DNA of 64,000 nucleotides from an uncultured Chloroflexia bacterium (GCA_963748625.1 CAVVJT010000007.1:800001-864000), one strand, 5' to 3'. Positions 11,142 through 22,824 are shown, counted from the first letter of the stretch. Program-made: numbers and translations. Notes: generated by a model from the sequence alone, not told the origin.

Positions 11142-11521
11142 GTGTCGCCCCGGCGGAGGCGCTCGAGCTCGCGCCGCAGACGCTTGCTCGGGCGGCCCTC
11201 GCCTCTGACGGCCATGATCCCCGGCCGGACCTCGACGGGCACCACGGGCGGGCTGTGGTCCACGTAGCAGGTCGCGGCGACGGCGGCGCCGACACGCGAC
11301 TCGATCGGCCGTACGACCTCGACGACGCGCTCGCGATCCGCGATGCGGGCCTCCACCCGATCGCCCGCGCGGACCTTCGTCGACGGCTTCGCCTGCAGCC
11401 CGTTGACCCGGACATGGCCGGCCTCGCACAGCCCGGTCGCGGCAGGGCGGGTCTTCGCGAGGCGCACCGCCGTCAGCCAGCGATCGATACGCGTCTCACC
11501 GGCAGCGTGGGGATCGGTCAC
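11138..11521 (-). CDS. hslR: S4 RNA-binding protein, Hsp15-like
   Basis: RIDRWLTAVRLAKTR...GHVRVNG..AKPS; GRPSKRLRR. Confidence 0.85.
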   Translation of the reverse strand: MTDPHAAGETRIDRWLTAVRLAKTRPAATGLCEAGHVRVNGLQAKPSTKVRAGDRVEARIADRERVVEVVRPIESRVGAAVAATCYVDHSPPVVPVEVRPGIMAVRGEGRPSKRLRRELERLRRGDT

Positions 11522-14500
11522 GCGTCCTGCTCAGCCTTTGCGGCCCCCGCCGGCGTGGATCGACCCGCTGGCAGGGGTGGGGCGCTGGCCGCCGCTCCCT
11601 CCAGCCCGTATCCGCCCGTGGTCTCGGGGACGAGGCCAAGACGCACCGCGATCGCTGCGATCTCCGCGCGGCCGTTCGCTCCGAACTTCGACTTGATGTT
11701 CGACACGTGCACGCTGGCCGTCTTCTCGCTGATGAACAGGTCGGTGGCGATCTCCCGGTTCGTGCGCCCGGTCGTGAGCCGCTCGAGGACGTCCTGCTCG
11801 CGCCGTGTCAGCCGGAATGGGACTGCACGGCCGGCAGGCGCAACGGCCGAGGTTCGCTCGGACGCCACAGGCCGGGCCTTGAAGTCGAGCCGGGACCGCG
11901 CGGCCAGCCGTTCGATCTCCCGCTGGAGGGGCACGGCTCCCAGGTCGGACGCGATCCGGTGCGCCTCCTCCGCAGCGGCCTGCGCGGCGTGCCGAGACCC
12001 GCGTGCGAGCAGGATTGCCTCGGCCTGGCGGAATCGGCTGTAGGCAGCCTCGTGGGGATGCTGGAGCTGTTCAGCCGCGGCCGCCGCGACGGCCCACGCG
12101 GCAGCGCTCGGGCGACCCTCGAGCCGGCTCAGCTCGGCCTTGCCCAGTGCCGCGTCGAGGGCCAGGTGTGGGTCGCCTCCACCACGCAATGCGCGTACGA
12201 GCTGCGCGTGACGATCGAGCCGTTCGGCGAACTCGCGTCCGATCGCGAGCGCCTGGTCCAACCCAGCCGCATCGCCGAGTGGACGAGCCACCTCGGCGAG
12301 GTCTGCCGCAGCCCGGATCGCCAGGCGATGGCACACGCGCATGTGGACGTCGCGCTCCGGCTCGGCCGAGCGCGCCAGGCTCTCCCTCACGGAGTCGATG
12401 GCTTCGGACGGCTGCCCGCGCGCGATCGACAGCAGGGCGATGCTGGAGTACAGGTCGGTCCATCCATAGGCGGTTGCGGTGAATGCCTTGCACATCAGCA
12501 GCACGATCTCGAGGTGTTCGGCGGCCGAGTCCAAGCGGCCGCGTCCCAGGTCGAGAAGCGCCTGGGCGCCGTGCGCCAGGACGCCGTGCGATCCCACAGG
12601 ATCGCGCTCGAGGGCGCCCGAGATCCAGTCGTCCGCCTCCGGCCAGCGCCCGAGGAGGAAGGCCGAAACACCCCTGATCGCTCGCAGAGCGCCCCCGTAT
12701 CCCTCCGCTCCCCACCGGCCGCTCTCGGCGATCCCCTCCTCGGCCACGTGACAGGCCTCATCCAGGTCTCCCGCCCAGTGGAGTGCCAGCGCGAGCTCGA
12801 TGGAGATCTCAGCCGCCCCGGTGACATCCCCCACGGAGCGCGCCAGGCCCAGCGCCTCGCGCAGGGTGCGAACTCCCGAGTCCGCTTCGCCAACCGCCGC
12901 GGCGTTGCGCCCGATGCAGCCCAGTGCGCGAATCTCCGCTGCGGCCGAGCCAGCCGCCCGGGCGGTTGACAGGGCCTCCTGGGCGATGCGGTTCGACTCA
13001 CTGAAATGGCACTTCAGCCCAAGCGCCTGGGCCAGGACGCCCAGTACCTGGGCGCGCGCGACCGACGGAGGGTCGACCGGCAGAAGGTCCAGCGCTCGAA
13101 GCGCCACCGGCTGTGCCGCGTCGGGATTGCCTGAGCCGAGGTGATAGACGGCGAGCCGTTCGAGCAGGGCCCCGGTGCGCAACTGGTCCGGCTCGACGAA
13201 GGGCTCGGCGCCGAGCGCTGCCTGCACCAGCTCGATTGCGGGGCGATACGCCCCGGACAGGGCGGCTGCCTCGGCGGTACGCATCGTCAGCTCATGGCGC
13301 GTCAGCCCTCCGACGGGCTCGGTGGAGGTGGGCCACAGGCTCAAGGCGAGGTGGTAGTGCGCAAATGCATTGCCGAAGGCGAACATCCGCTCCGCCGCCC
13401 AACCGGCGCGCAACAAGGCCGGCAGCGCCTGGCGCGCGTCGCGTGCCTCGTACCAGTGATGCGCCAGCTCGGAGGCCACCGCCGCATCGACGTCGGAACC
13501 GGCATGCACCGTTTCGACTGCCGCGGCCACCGCCGCATGGAGCGCCAGTCGCTCACCTGGCAGCAGCTCGTCGTAGACCGCTTCGCGAACGAGGCCGTGG
13601 CGGAACTGCATGACCTCATCGTCGCCAGCCAGCAGCAGGTAGCGATCGATTGCTTCTCGCAGTGCCCCGGCCATCTCGGCTGGCTCCATCCGGGTGACGA
13701 TCGCCAGGACGTCGTGCCTCGCGGATTGGCCGGCCACGGCGACCACGCGCAGGATGTGTCGCGAGGCGGTCGACAGGCCGCCGATTCGCGCCAGCAGGGT
13801 CTCCCGGAGGGTAAGCCCCAGGCGCTGCTCTCCCCGTGCTCTCTCCGCTGCTCCACGGCGAGCAGCTCCTCGGTGAAGAACGCGTTGCCTCCGCCGCGCT
13901 CGTGGAGGCGGGTGACGAGGGCTCGGTCTGGGGGACTGCCGAGGATCCCCGCGAGCTGGTCATGGACCTCGCTCGGCGTGAACGGGACGAGCTCGATGCG
14001 CTCCACCTGTCCAGTGCGGCCCAGCTCGGCGAGCAGGGTGAGGAACGGATGGCGCTCATTGAGCTCGTCGGTGCGATAGGTGCCGATCAGCACCACGCGA
14101 CCGTGCGTGAGGTTCCGCACCAGGAACCGCAGCATGTCGCGGGTCGATCGATCCGACCAGTGCAGGTCCTCCAGCACGATCACGGTGACCGCGTCCGCGG
14201 CGATGCGCTCGATCAGGCCGAGCACCTGGAGGTAGAGGGTGGACTGGGTGGAGGACGTGAATGTGTCGGAAACGGCCTCGCCGTCGCTGCCGGTCTCGAG
14301 GTCGGGGATCAGCTGCTGGACGGCAGATCGGGCGGGCCCGACGATGCGGTTGAACTCCTCGGAAGGCAGGGCCTTCAACCATGGACGCAGCGCAGCGACG
14401 AGTGGGTCATACGGTCGCGCACCGTCTCCGAGATCAACACAAGCACCCCCGAGGAAGCGGAGTCCGGCGGCCTCAGCACCCGCTCGAAGCTCCGCAAGCA

Positions 14501-14642
14501 GACGGGTCTTGCCGACGCCGGCCTCGCCCCCGACGATGACCGTGCCGACAACCCCCGACCTGGCACCTTCCAGCACGGCCTGCAGCCGTCGGAGCTCCTC
14601 GCCGCGTCCGACGAACACGGGGCTCGCGATGCGTGCGGTCAT
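11518..14642 (-). CDS. MalT-like AAA ATPase-LuxR transcriptional regulator (frameshift near 13820-13850)
   Basis: FVGRGEEL, GEAGVGKT Walker A, LEDLHWSD, GGNAFF; C-terminal LTRREQDVL...TNREIA..LFISEKTASVHVSNI. Confidence 0.85.
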
Positions 14643-14797
14643 CGGGCGATTATCGCGGTCCTCGGCGAGTGAAATCCCCGCCATCATGGGCCGGCCTAGG
14701 CACCCCTCGGCGGAGAAATCCGAGGGATCGCCCCATTGCGGCCGGTTGCCACGGGGGTCTACCCTCCGCGCAACCCGCGAGCGAACGGAGGAGCAGG

Positions 14798-15046
14798 ATG
14801 GATGCATCAAGCGCCCCGGAACCGGACGTTCTCATGGACCTTGTCGGGCAGGCCTGTTCGACGTTGACCCCGCTCATCGCATCCCGGATGCGCCAGCTGA
14901 GCACCGGCCAGGTCCTGGAGGTCATCTCCGACGACCCGACGGCGCGAAGCGGCCTGGCTTCGTGGTCGAGGTTGACTGGCAATCCCATCGTGGCCATTGT
15001 CGAAGACGGGCCGGGGCGGACACGCTACTACCTGCGTCGGAAGTAG
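14798..15046 (+). CDS. TusA/SirA family sulfur carrier
   Basis: DLVGQAC...L.TGQVLEVISDDP. Confidence 0.8.
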   Translation: MDASSAPEPDVLMDLVGQACSTLTPLIASRMRQLSTGQVLEVISDDPTARSGLASWSRLTGNPIVAIVEDGPGRTRYYLRRK

Positions 15047-15064
15047 TCCTGGAGGAGCAGACAG

Positions 15065-15424
15065 ATGCCGCGGTTCATGGCGCAAGCCACACACGGGCGC
15101 GAGGACCCGGAGCGAGCGACGCTGCCGTTCATCGTCGCGAATGTCGCCGCATCGGCGGATCAGGAGACCATCGTGCTGCTCACGATCGATGGCGTGTGGC
15201 TGGCGACGCAGGGTTACGCGGATGACATCCACCACGAGGGCATGCAGCCGCTCCGCGAGGTCATTGCGTCGCTGCTGGACAGCGGCGGGCAGATCTGGGC
15301 GTGCGGCGCCTGCACCAAGCCGCGGGGCATCACCGACGAGCACCTGATCGCCGGCGCGCGGATCATCTCCGCGGCGGACGTCGTTGCCGAGCTCGCGGAC
15401 GGGACCCCGCTCTACACCTGCTGA
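15065..15424 (+). CDS. DsrE family protein
   Basis: THGREDPERATLPF..., LTIDGV, IWACGACTKPRG. Confidence 0.85.
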   Translation: MPRFMAQATHGREDPERATLPFIVANVAASADQETIVLLTIDGVWLATQGYADDIHHEGMQPLREVIASLLDSGGQIWACGACTKPRGITDEHLIAGARIISAADVVAELADGTPLYTC

Positions 15425-15558
15425 CGCGTCGACCAGGAAATGAGGCAAACCGGGCTCGTCGCCTAAGGACTGGGCCGATGCGGTCGGACCACGCTTAGGC
15501 CCACCCTTCTCCGTGACTCGCGGGACAGATGCCCCGCCACCAGCAGAGGAGAAGGGGA

Positions 15559-16518
15559 ATGACTCGACACAGCTCGGCCCAGGCCGGCGGGGCACGCCTG
15601 CGAGGACTGCGGGCATCGGCGTCCACGGTCGGCGCGGTCCTCCTCGTGGCAGCCAGCGTGGTCCCGGCCATGGCTGACGGGCCGACCGAGTACTCCGCCT
15701 GGGGCGCGCCCACGGCCGTGGCCGAGGCGAACACGGCCGCCCACGACGGCTGCCCGATCGAATCACCGAACGGCAGGAAGCTGTACGTCGCCTCGACGCG
15801 AGCAGGCGGATTCGGGAAGAACGACATCTGGGTCGCCGAGCGCCCGAACAAGCGCTCGGCATGGGGGCCGATGACGAACCTCGGCTCCGCGATCAACACC
15901 GGGGACCAGGAGTTCTGCCCAACCCCGCTTCGCGGAGGCCGGCTGCTGTTCGTCTCGGATCGCGCGGCCTGTGGCGCGACTCCGGGGATGACGCCACCCG
16001 TCGGCGACATGTACATCACCCGGCAGCGCCGGGGCGGAACGTGGACGACGCCACGGAACCTCGGCTGCGTCTCCGACGGAACCGGACCCAACTTCTCGGG
16101 TGGTGAGTTCGGGCCGTCGCTGGTCGCCATCCGGGGTGTGAGATACCTGTACTTCTCGAGCACCGGAACGAGCGGGAACCACGACATCTACCGAAGCCGC
16201 CAGGGCCGCGACGGAACGTTCGGGACGCCAGAGGCCGTGGCGGAGCTCAACAGCACCGCCGTGGACCAGATGCCGAACGTCAGCCGTGACGGGACCGAGA
16301 TCGTGTTCGCGTCGAGTCGGGGCGGGAACATGGACATCTGGACCGCGACACTCGACCGGTCAACCGGACGATGGTCGAGCCCGGTTCCGGTCGCGGCCGT
16401 CAACACCGCGGAGCCGGAGTCGCGTCCGTCGCTCTCGGGGGACGGCGTTCGCCTGTACTTCGGCCGTGGAGCGACCGCCGATGTCTACGTCAGCACCCGG
16501 ATCAAGCTGGACGACTGA
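15559..16518 (+). CDS. Secreted PD40/WD40-like beta-propeller protein
   Basis: Signal peptide; repeated P..S.DG..LYF.S.R.G..DI units. Confidence 0.8.
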   Translation: MTRHSSAQAGGARLRGLRASASTVGAVLLVAASVVPAMADGPTEYSAWGAPTAVAEANTAAHDGCPIESPNGRKLYVASTRAGGFGKNDIWVAERPNKRSAWGPMTNLGSAINTGDQEFCPTPLRGGRLLFVSDRAACGATPGMTPPVGDMYITRQRRGGTWTTPRNLGCVSDGTGPNFSGGEFGPSLVAIRGVRYLYFSSTGTSGNHDIYRSRQGRDGTFGTPEAVAELNSTAVDQMPNVSRDGTEIVFASSRGGNMDIWTATLDRSTGRWSSPVPVAAVNTAEPESRPSLSGDGVRLYFGRGATADVYVSTRIKLDD

Positions 16519-16673
16519 GAAGGCAAACCGGCACGGACCAGCTCCCTCACCGCTGCACGAAGGCCGCCGGATCCCAATCCGGTGGCCTTCCCATGTGGCT
16601 CAGGCGGGAGCCTGGTGGCGGCAGTCCAGTTCGCGCGCAGGCTGAGTTGCAGGCGGGGGGAGGACCGCGTCCA

Positions 16674-17327
16674 TCAGCGGTCGGGGTCGGAGGCCGTGCC
16701 CATCCCCTCTCGGGCGGCCAGCAGCGCCGCTTCCACGCGGCTGCGCACCTGCAGCTTGCCCAGGATGTTCGTCATGTAGTGCTTGATGGTCTTCTCGGCC
16801 AGGCCCAGCCGGTCGCCGATCTCCTGGTTGCCGAGGCCGGACGCCACCAGCTCCAGGACCTCGCGCTCCCGGACCGTGAGCTCGTCCAGGGGCGACGTCC
16901 GGGGCTTGGACATCTCGCGCAGGAGCCCCCAGGCCAGGGCGGGCGCAACGTACACCTGGCCGGCGTGGACCGAGCGGATGATGCCCGCCAGCTCCATCGC
17001 CCCGGCGCCCTTGAGGACATAGCCGGACGCCCCGGCCTTCATCGCCGCCAAGATGTCGTCCTCGTCCTCGGACACGGTCAGCATCACCACCCGCGTGGCC
17101 GGGCAGGCGACCGCGATGTCGCGGGCGGCGTTGAGACCCCCGCCCGGCATGGCGATATCCAGCAGGACCACGTCGGGGAGGTGCTCACGGGCGAGCCGCA
17201 GCGCCTCGGCTGCGTCACCGGCCTGCGCCACCACGTCAAGGTCGTCCGTGGCACCCAGCGATGCCACAACGCCGGCCCGGAACATCGGGTGATCGTCGGC
17301 CACCACCAGGCGGATCGTGTCGGTCAC
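16674..17327 (-). CDS. NarL/LuxR family response regulator
   Basis: VADDHPMFR, LLDIAMP, GYVLK, C-terminal LuxR HTH. Confidence 0.92.
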   Translation of the reverse strand: MTDTIRLVVADDHPMFRAGVVASLGATDDLDVVAQAGDAAEALRLAREHLPDVVLLDIAMPGGGLNAARDIAVACPATRVVMLTVSEDEDDILAAMKAGASGYVLKGAGAMELAGIIRSVHAGQVYVAPALAWGLLREMSKPRTSPLDELTVREREVLELVASGLGNQEIGDRLGLAEKTIKHYMTNILGKLQVRSRVEAALLAAREGMGTASDPDR

Positions 17328-18796
17328 GCGTCACCTCCATCGGCCGGCACCAATGGCGCGCGGGCCCGGGTCAACGGCCACCGGACCCTGGTCTCCGTCC
17401 CGCTGCCCGGCTGGGACAGGATCTCGAAGTCGCCCCCGAGCAGCTCCGCCTGCTCCCGCATCCCGGCCAGGCCCAGACCCGCCTCGCCCGCGAGCGTCGC
17501 GACATCGAAGCCGGGGCCGCCGTCCTTGACCGTCAGATGGAGGAATTGTCCGTCCGCCTCGAGGTGCAGCCGGACCGCGGCGCCGTGGCCGTGGCGGAAC
17601 GCGTTCGACAGCAACTCCTGCGTCGCGCGGAACAGCGCGATCTTCGTGGACAGCCCGACCTGCTCCGGTACGCTCGCGATCGTCACGGCCACTGCCATCC
17701 CGGTCTGCCGCCTATGGTCGGACACCGCGCGCTCGACGACCTCCCGCACCGGGAGCGGCGCCAGCTCCGGCATGCGGAGGCCGGCCGCGATCGCGCGCAT
17801 GTCACGCAGTGCATCGCGCAGCGCAGTCTCGACCTCGTCCAGCTCCGCCGGCGGCACCGTGCCGCCTGGCTCCGACGTGGTCGCCCTGAGGGCATCGAAC
17901 CGGATCAGGGCCAGGGACATGGTCTGGCCCGGCCCGTCGTGCAGGTCGGCGCTGATCCGGCGCAGGGCCCGCTCGTTCAGCGTCATCGTCCGGTCAGCTG
18001 CCGCACGGACCTTGTCGGACAGGGCAGAGTTCTCCGCAAGGAGTCCTGAGAGCTCCACGACCTGCCGCTCCAGGGCGGACTCCTGTCGGCCGATCTGGTC
18101 GCTGCCCTGCTTCACGATGCCGTACAGGAGCAGCAGCGAGACGCCGATGACCGCCGCCACGAGGCCCCAGGAGAGGAGCCTGGCATCGCGGACCTCGCGG
18201 TCGATCGCGTCGGGCAGCTGGTAGAACTCGACAACAGACGTGATGGCATCCGAGCCGCCCATCCGGACAGGCACGTACATCTCGAGCAGGCGGGACCAGT
18301 ACTTCCTCTCGACCCCGTTCTCGGTGGCCGAGAGGTCGCTGAGGTCCGCGGCAACCTCTCCCCGAAATGCCTCGGCAAGCTCGCCCTGGACGGGGTACGT
18401 GCGCCCGACGTTCTCGTCGATCGACCCGTAGACGATCGTGCCGTCCTGCGACCAGAGCCGCAGCGAGACGACCAGCTCGCCGAGGGAGCCATCCGTGAGG
18501 AGATCGTCGATGGCGTTCCGGCTCTCGTCCGAGAGAACGCCGTCCTCGCCCAAGTCCTGCACGAGGGGCTCGAGGAAGCTCTCGACGTACAGCGCGGTGA
18601 CCGCGGCCGTGCGGTCCACGATGCTCCGTTCGAGCGTGTTGCCGATCCAGACGCCGACCACCGCGCCGGCGACAAGAAGGATGACGAGGTTCGCGGCCAG
18701 GAACCGGCCCGCGAGGGAGAGCCGGGGCTTCCGGCGTCCGGATTCGGTCTGTGCGATGGGGGCGGAGGGGTTCCTGGAGGATGCGGTCGGGGTCAT
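17324..18796 (-). CDS. Sensor histidine kinase (HisKA_3)
   Basis: Two TM helices, ISADLHDGPGQ, QELLSNAFRH, DGGPGF, GLGLAGMRE. Confidence 0.9.
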   Translation of the reverse strand: MTPTASSRNPSAPIAQTESGRRKPRLSLAGRFLAANLVILLVAGAVVGVWIGNTLERSIVDRTAAVTALYVESFLEPLVQDLGEDGVLSDESRNAIDDLLTDGSLGELVVSLRLWSQDGTIVYGSIDENVGRTYPVQGELAEAFRGEVAADLSDLSATENGVERKYWSRLLEMYVPVRMGGSDAITSVVEFYQLPDAIDREVRDARLLSWGLVAAVIGVSLLLLYGIVKQGSDQIGRQESALERQVVELSGLLAENSALSDKVRAAADRTMTLNERALRRISADLHDGPGQTMSLALIRFDALRATTSEPGGTVPPAELDEVETALRDALRDMRAIAAGLRMPELAPLPVREVVERAVSDHRRQTGMAVAVTIASVPEQVGLSTKIALFRATQELLSNAFRHGHGAAVRLHLEADGQFLHLTVKDGGPGFDVATLAGEAGLGLAGMREQAELLGGDFEILSQPGSGTETRVRWPLTRARAPLVPADGGDA

Positions 18797-19004
18797 CGCC
18801 GGTCATCGTACGCGGGCGCGATCGGAGCGGGACACGGGCACGGGTCTGACGCGCCATCGGACCAAGGTCCGAAACCGTTCGCGACCACGGCCCGTTCCCG
18901 GATCGGCGCCGCGGCCCGAGGCTGTGCACCAGATCACCGGACACGGCAACACGGGGCAGAAGACCCCGACCGGTCCGGCTCACCAGCCAGCCAGGGAGCC
19001 ACCA

Positions 19005-19421
19005 ATGTCCCGCTTCACCACCCGCCGCATCGGCCGCCTCGCCGCCACGAGCGGCATCGCATCCGCGATCCTCATCGGCGCGCTCGCCGCCCCGGCCGCA
19101 ACCCTCGCCAAGGGCGGCGACGGCGTGCGCGCCACCGGCACCTGCACGATCAACAGCACCTCGAAGATCAAGGCCAAGCTCGACAACGGCCGCATCGAGG
19201 TGGAGTTCGAGGTGGACCAGAACCGCAACAACCGGCTCTGGACTGTCCGCCTCTACGACGACGGCATCCGCGTCTACACCGGCCTCCACCGCACCGTCGC
19301 CCCGAGCGGTTCGTTCTCCGTCAGCCGCCGGATCACCAACCGGGCCGGCACGGACACGATCGTCGCCCGCGCCGTCAACGCCTCGACCGGCGAGGTCTGC
19401 CGCGCGACGGTCAACTTCTAG
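19005..19421 (+). CDS. Small secreted protein divergent from the two-component pair
   Basis: Signal peptide; two Cys; IEVEFEVD motif; strong GC3 codon bias; GGGAG RBS. Confidence 0.75.
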   Translation: MSRFTTRRIGRLAATSGIASAILIGALAAPAATLAKGGDGVRATGTCTINSTSKIKAKLDNGRIEVEFEVDQNRNNRLWTVRLYDDGIRVYTGLHRTVAPSGSFSVSRRITNRAGTDTIVARAVNASTGEVCRATVNF

Positions 19422-19721
19422 CGCCTTCCAGCCCCCCGTTCACCGCGCGGGCGGTGGGCCCAAGGTCCACCGCCCGTTTCCGTGTGTCCGCCCGGGCTCG
19501 GTGCGACCGCCGGGCGACCGGGGGACCGACCGGGGGACCGACCGGCTGCCGGTGGCGCTCGTCGTCGTCACCGGGACCGGGCACAACACTCGCAATCAGA
19601 ACCCCAGCGGAGCCCGGCTTGGTCGCCCGTGCGTCAGGCGCGACCGGGCACCACGTCGATGCCGGAGAGCACAAGTTCATACCCGGAGTACAACCCTGCG
19701 TTCACCCCGCGCAGGGGCCGG

Positions 19722-20525
19722 TCAGTCTGGCTCGGGCGCCGCGGGCACGGGGACTTCGCGAGCGATGCGATCGAGGACTGTCTCGTCCTTCCACAGCGGC
19801 ACGCACTCCGGCCGGTCGCGCATGATCGCCACCCGGTCGACGTAGTCCCAGGCCGGATCGACCGCGCCGTACATCGAGACCTTGAACCCACGCCACGCGT
19901 CGCGCTGCACCACGTCGCCCGGGGTGGGCGTCTGCACGCCTCCGGAATCCCAGCCGCTCTCGGGCTCGACACCGCCCCCCGCGTTCCTCGTGAAGTGCTC
20001 GATCACGACGATGGGGTCCTGCGTCGCACTCCGGTACACCTGCTTCCAGCGGACCCACCGCTGGTACCCCTGGACGGGACCGCCGCCCATCTGCGCGCGG
20101 AGCTCCTCACGTTCCTCGTCGGCGATCTCGAGCTTGACGTCTCCCGCGGAGGCGACACACGCCTCGATGGTTGGGCCCTGCGCCTCCGCCGACGGCTGCG
20201 CCACGCTGCTCCCGCCGGGCGGCGCCTCAACGGGGGAGGCCGCGGCGCCCCCGGTCTGGCTACCGCCGGGCTGCACACCACCCGGCTGGACGCCACCTGG
20301 CTGGGCCGGTACAGCCGGGACGTTCTCGGTTGGTGTGGGCGGTGGTCGCAAGTTCGACAGGACGAGGGCGGAGAGAAGGAGTGCGACGACCACCACGCCC
20401 TTGAAGACCCATCGCGAGAAGCGAACCGCGAACGAGCGCGGCATGAACGACTGGACACGTCGATCGGCAGCGTCGCTGTCGGCTTGCGACTGCTCCTCGT
20501 TCGTCATCGATCGGGCCCCTCGCAC
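19722..20525 (-). CDS. Hypothetical single-TM protein
   Basis: One TM, QPGG repeats, globular C-terminus; start uncertain. Confidence 0.55.
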   Translation of the reverse strand: MRGARSMTNEEQSQADSDAADRRVQSFMPRSFAVRFSRWVFKGVVVVALLLSALVLSNLRPPPTPTENVPAVPAQPGGVQPGGVQPGGSQTGGAAASPVEAPPGGSSVAQPSAEAQGPTIEACVASAGDVKLEIADEEREELRAQMGGGPVQGYQRWVRWKQVYRSATQDPIVVIEHFTRNAGGGVEPESGWDSGGVQTPTPGDVVQRDAWRGFKVSMYGAVDPAWDYVDRVAIMRDRPECVPLWKDETVLDRIAREVPVPAAPEPD

Positions 20526-20964
20526 CGAAGGCCATCCTGGGCATCACGTCCCGGGCCGCCCACGCGCGGCATCCCGTCCATCGCTCGCCTCCGTCTCCTC
20601 GCGGCGTCCGTGCGTGTCGGGGTCGCCGACGGCCGAGCCAGGCGCCGCCGGTCGCCCGTGGCGGTCGGTCAGCGCGTGGGAAGCGGGGTCGAGTCGCGAG
20701 CCCGGCTCCGAGTCTCAAGGCGCGGCCGTCCGGTGCGGAAGTGCTGATCGGCCGGATTGTCGCCCGATCGAACTGCCGTAGGAGGAGGCGGAACCCCGTG
20801 TTGACCGCCTCGACCGGGCGTTCGACAGACCGCGGGCGTGGACCCCGATCGCCTGGGCCACGACGTCGGACGGTTCGACGCAGATGACCGCTGTCCCGGG
20901 CCTCGTGTCCCGATTCTCTCGCCGCAGGCGACCCAGCGCCAGTGGGACGACGTAGGATTTCGCC

Positions 20965-21678
20965 ATGTCGGCGTTCGTCATCGTTCACGGAGCTTGGGGC
21001 TCGCCAGCCGAGATGGAGCCGGTGGTTGCGCCGTTGGAATCGGCCGGCCACATCGCGATCACCGTCGACCTGCCCTGCGTCGATGCTGGGGCAACCTTGG
21101 AGCAGTACGCCGCTGCCGTGCGGGCCGTCCTCCCCGATGACCCGGCCGACGTCGTGCTGGTCGGTCACTCGTTCGGAGGCTTCACCGTTTCGACCATCGC
21201 CGCGGAACACGTTGGCATGTCGGTGGTGTACGTCGCGGCCTGGGTTCCGCAGCCGGGCGTATCGGTGATCGACCTCTTCCTGGGGCGCGATCCATTCGCG
21301 AACGGTGACCAGGATGCAGGAATCGCAGCCTTCGGCGGATTGGTCGCCAGTGCCGGCGCTGGTCTGTGTGCCCTGGACATCGACCAGCTGGTCGCCACGG
21401 TCGATCCGTCCAGGCAGGACGCGACCCGCTTGTATCTCGAGCAGACACAGCGTCCGCAGGGCATCGCCGCCCTGCGCGAGAAGTGGAGCGGCGATCTGCC
21501 GACCTCCGGCCGCCGCACCTACGTCGTGACCACCGCCGACACGCTGGTGCCGCCGGAGGCCCAACGGGCGATGGCCGCATCCGTAGGCGCTGATGTCGTT
21601 GAGATCGACACGGGTCACTCGCCCTTCGGCGAGCAGCCCACCCGCCTTGCCGAGCTGTTGGTCGCCGCCAGCCGCTGA
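20965..21678 (+). CDS. Alpha/beta hydrolase (Abhydrolase_6)
   Basis: VIVHGAW, LVGHSFGG, IDTGHSPF. Confidence 0.88.
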   Translation: MSAFVIVHGAWGSPAEMEPVVAPLESAGHIAITVDLPCVDAGATLEQYAAAVRAVLPDDPADVVLVGHSFGGFTVSTIAAEHVGMSVVYVAAWVPQPGVSVIDLFLGRDPFANGDQDAGIAAFGGLVASAGAGLCALDIDQLVATVDPSRQDATRLYLEQTQRPQGIAALREKWSGDLPTSGRRTYVVTTADTLVPPEAQRAMAASVGADVVEIDTGHSPFGEQPTRLAELLVAASR

Positions 21679-21754
21679 TCGTGCATTCCCCGCAAGCAGA
21701 CGGAGGATCCTGCAACGTGACCTCTCTCGCCCGCGCTCGCTCGCGGAATCAAGC

Positions 21755-22750
21755 ATGAAACTCGGCGCGCTGAACGAGGACATCGTCATCACGAGGTCCG
21801 GCTACACGTTGCCCTCGACGCTCTCGCTTCCGGCCAGCGATGGCGCCGCACCGTGCGTCGTGTTCTTCGCCGGGAGCGGGCCCACCGACCGCGACTGGAC
21901 ATCACCGCTGCTGCCGGGCAAGAACGGCAGCGGCGCGCAACTCGCGCTCGCGCTGCAGGCGCGGGGCGTCGGATCGATCCGCTTCGACAAGGTGGGCTCC
22001 GGCGTGAACATGCCGAGGAGCATGGCGCCCGCGGATCTGAAGATGCTCGATGTGCTGTCGCTCGCCCACTACGTCGACGAGGCTGTCGCCGCGTTCGACG
22101 AGCTCGCGAATCGTGACCGGTGCGGCACGATCTTCTTCCTCGGCCACAGCGAGGGATCGATCCACGCCTCGTCCGCGGCAATCGCGAAGCAGGCCGACCC
22201 TCGCTTCGGCGGCCTCATCAGCCTGTCCGGGCCCTCGCGATCGCTCCTCGACACGGCGATCGAACAGATCCGTGCGATGCGCATCAAGGTGGGGGCGGAC
22301 GCGGCCGTCGTGGACAGCGCGCTCGCGGACTTCCGCGCAGCCATGCTGAGCCCGGACGCACCGGCGCCCGACCTGTCCGCGATCCCCGAGGCCGCGGGCC
22401 TGTGGCAGGCGACCCATGCGCGAGGACAACAGGAGGTCGCGCGCGAGCTGATCCTCGCGGAGCCACTCGCGGCGCTGCACGCCTATCGCGGTCGCGCCCT
22501 CGTGGTCTCGGCTGCCAACGATGCCCAGGTACCCGGGTCCGATGCGGACAGGATCTTCGCGGCCCTGGGGAGCGACGTGACGAACAGGACGCGGGTGACG
22601 ATCGCCAACGCCAACCACGTCTACAAGTCGGAGACGCGGGCGCCGTCAGCGATCAGCCAGGGCGAGATCCTCGCTGGCTACGCGGACGACGACCACGCGC
22701 TTGCCGATGGTCTCGTCGACGCGATCGTGGGCTTCGTCACGGCGACGTAG
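21755..22750 (+). CDS. Alpha/beta hydrolase
   Basis: GSGPTDRD, RFDKVGSG, LGHSEG, D.QV, ANHV; start uncertain. Confidence 0.8.
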   Translation: MKLGALNEDIVITRSGYTLPSTLSLPASDGAAPCVVFFAGSGPTDRDWTSPLLPGKNGSGAQLALALQARGVGSIRFDKVGSGVNMPRSMAPADLKMLDVLSLAHYVDEAVAAFDELANRDRCGTIFFLGHSEGSIHASSAAIAKQADPRFGGLISLSGPSRSLLDTAIEQIRAMRIKVGADAAVVDSALADFRAAMLSPDAPAPDLSAIPEAAGLWQATHARGQQEVARELILAEPLAALHAYRGRALVVSAANDAQVPGSDADRIFAALGSDVTNRTRVTIANANHVYKSETRAPSAISQGEILAGYADDDHALADGLVDAIVGFVTAT

Positions 22751-22778
22751 TCGCGCGCCATCGGGTGGTGGAGGGATC

Positions 22779-22824
22779 TGGTCGGGGCGAGGGGGATCGA
22801 CCCGACGGAACCTACCTCATCGAC
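22779..22824 (-). repeat. att-like copy of the tRNA-Pro 3' end (distal boundary of the hotspot)
   Basis: TGGTCGGGGCGAG matches 36701-36713, followed by GAACCTACCTCATCGAC shared with the 35879 copy. Confidence 0.85.
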
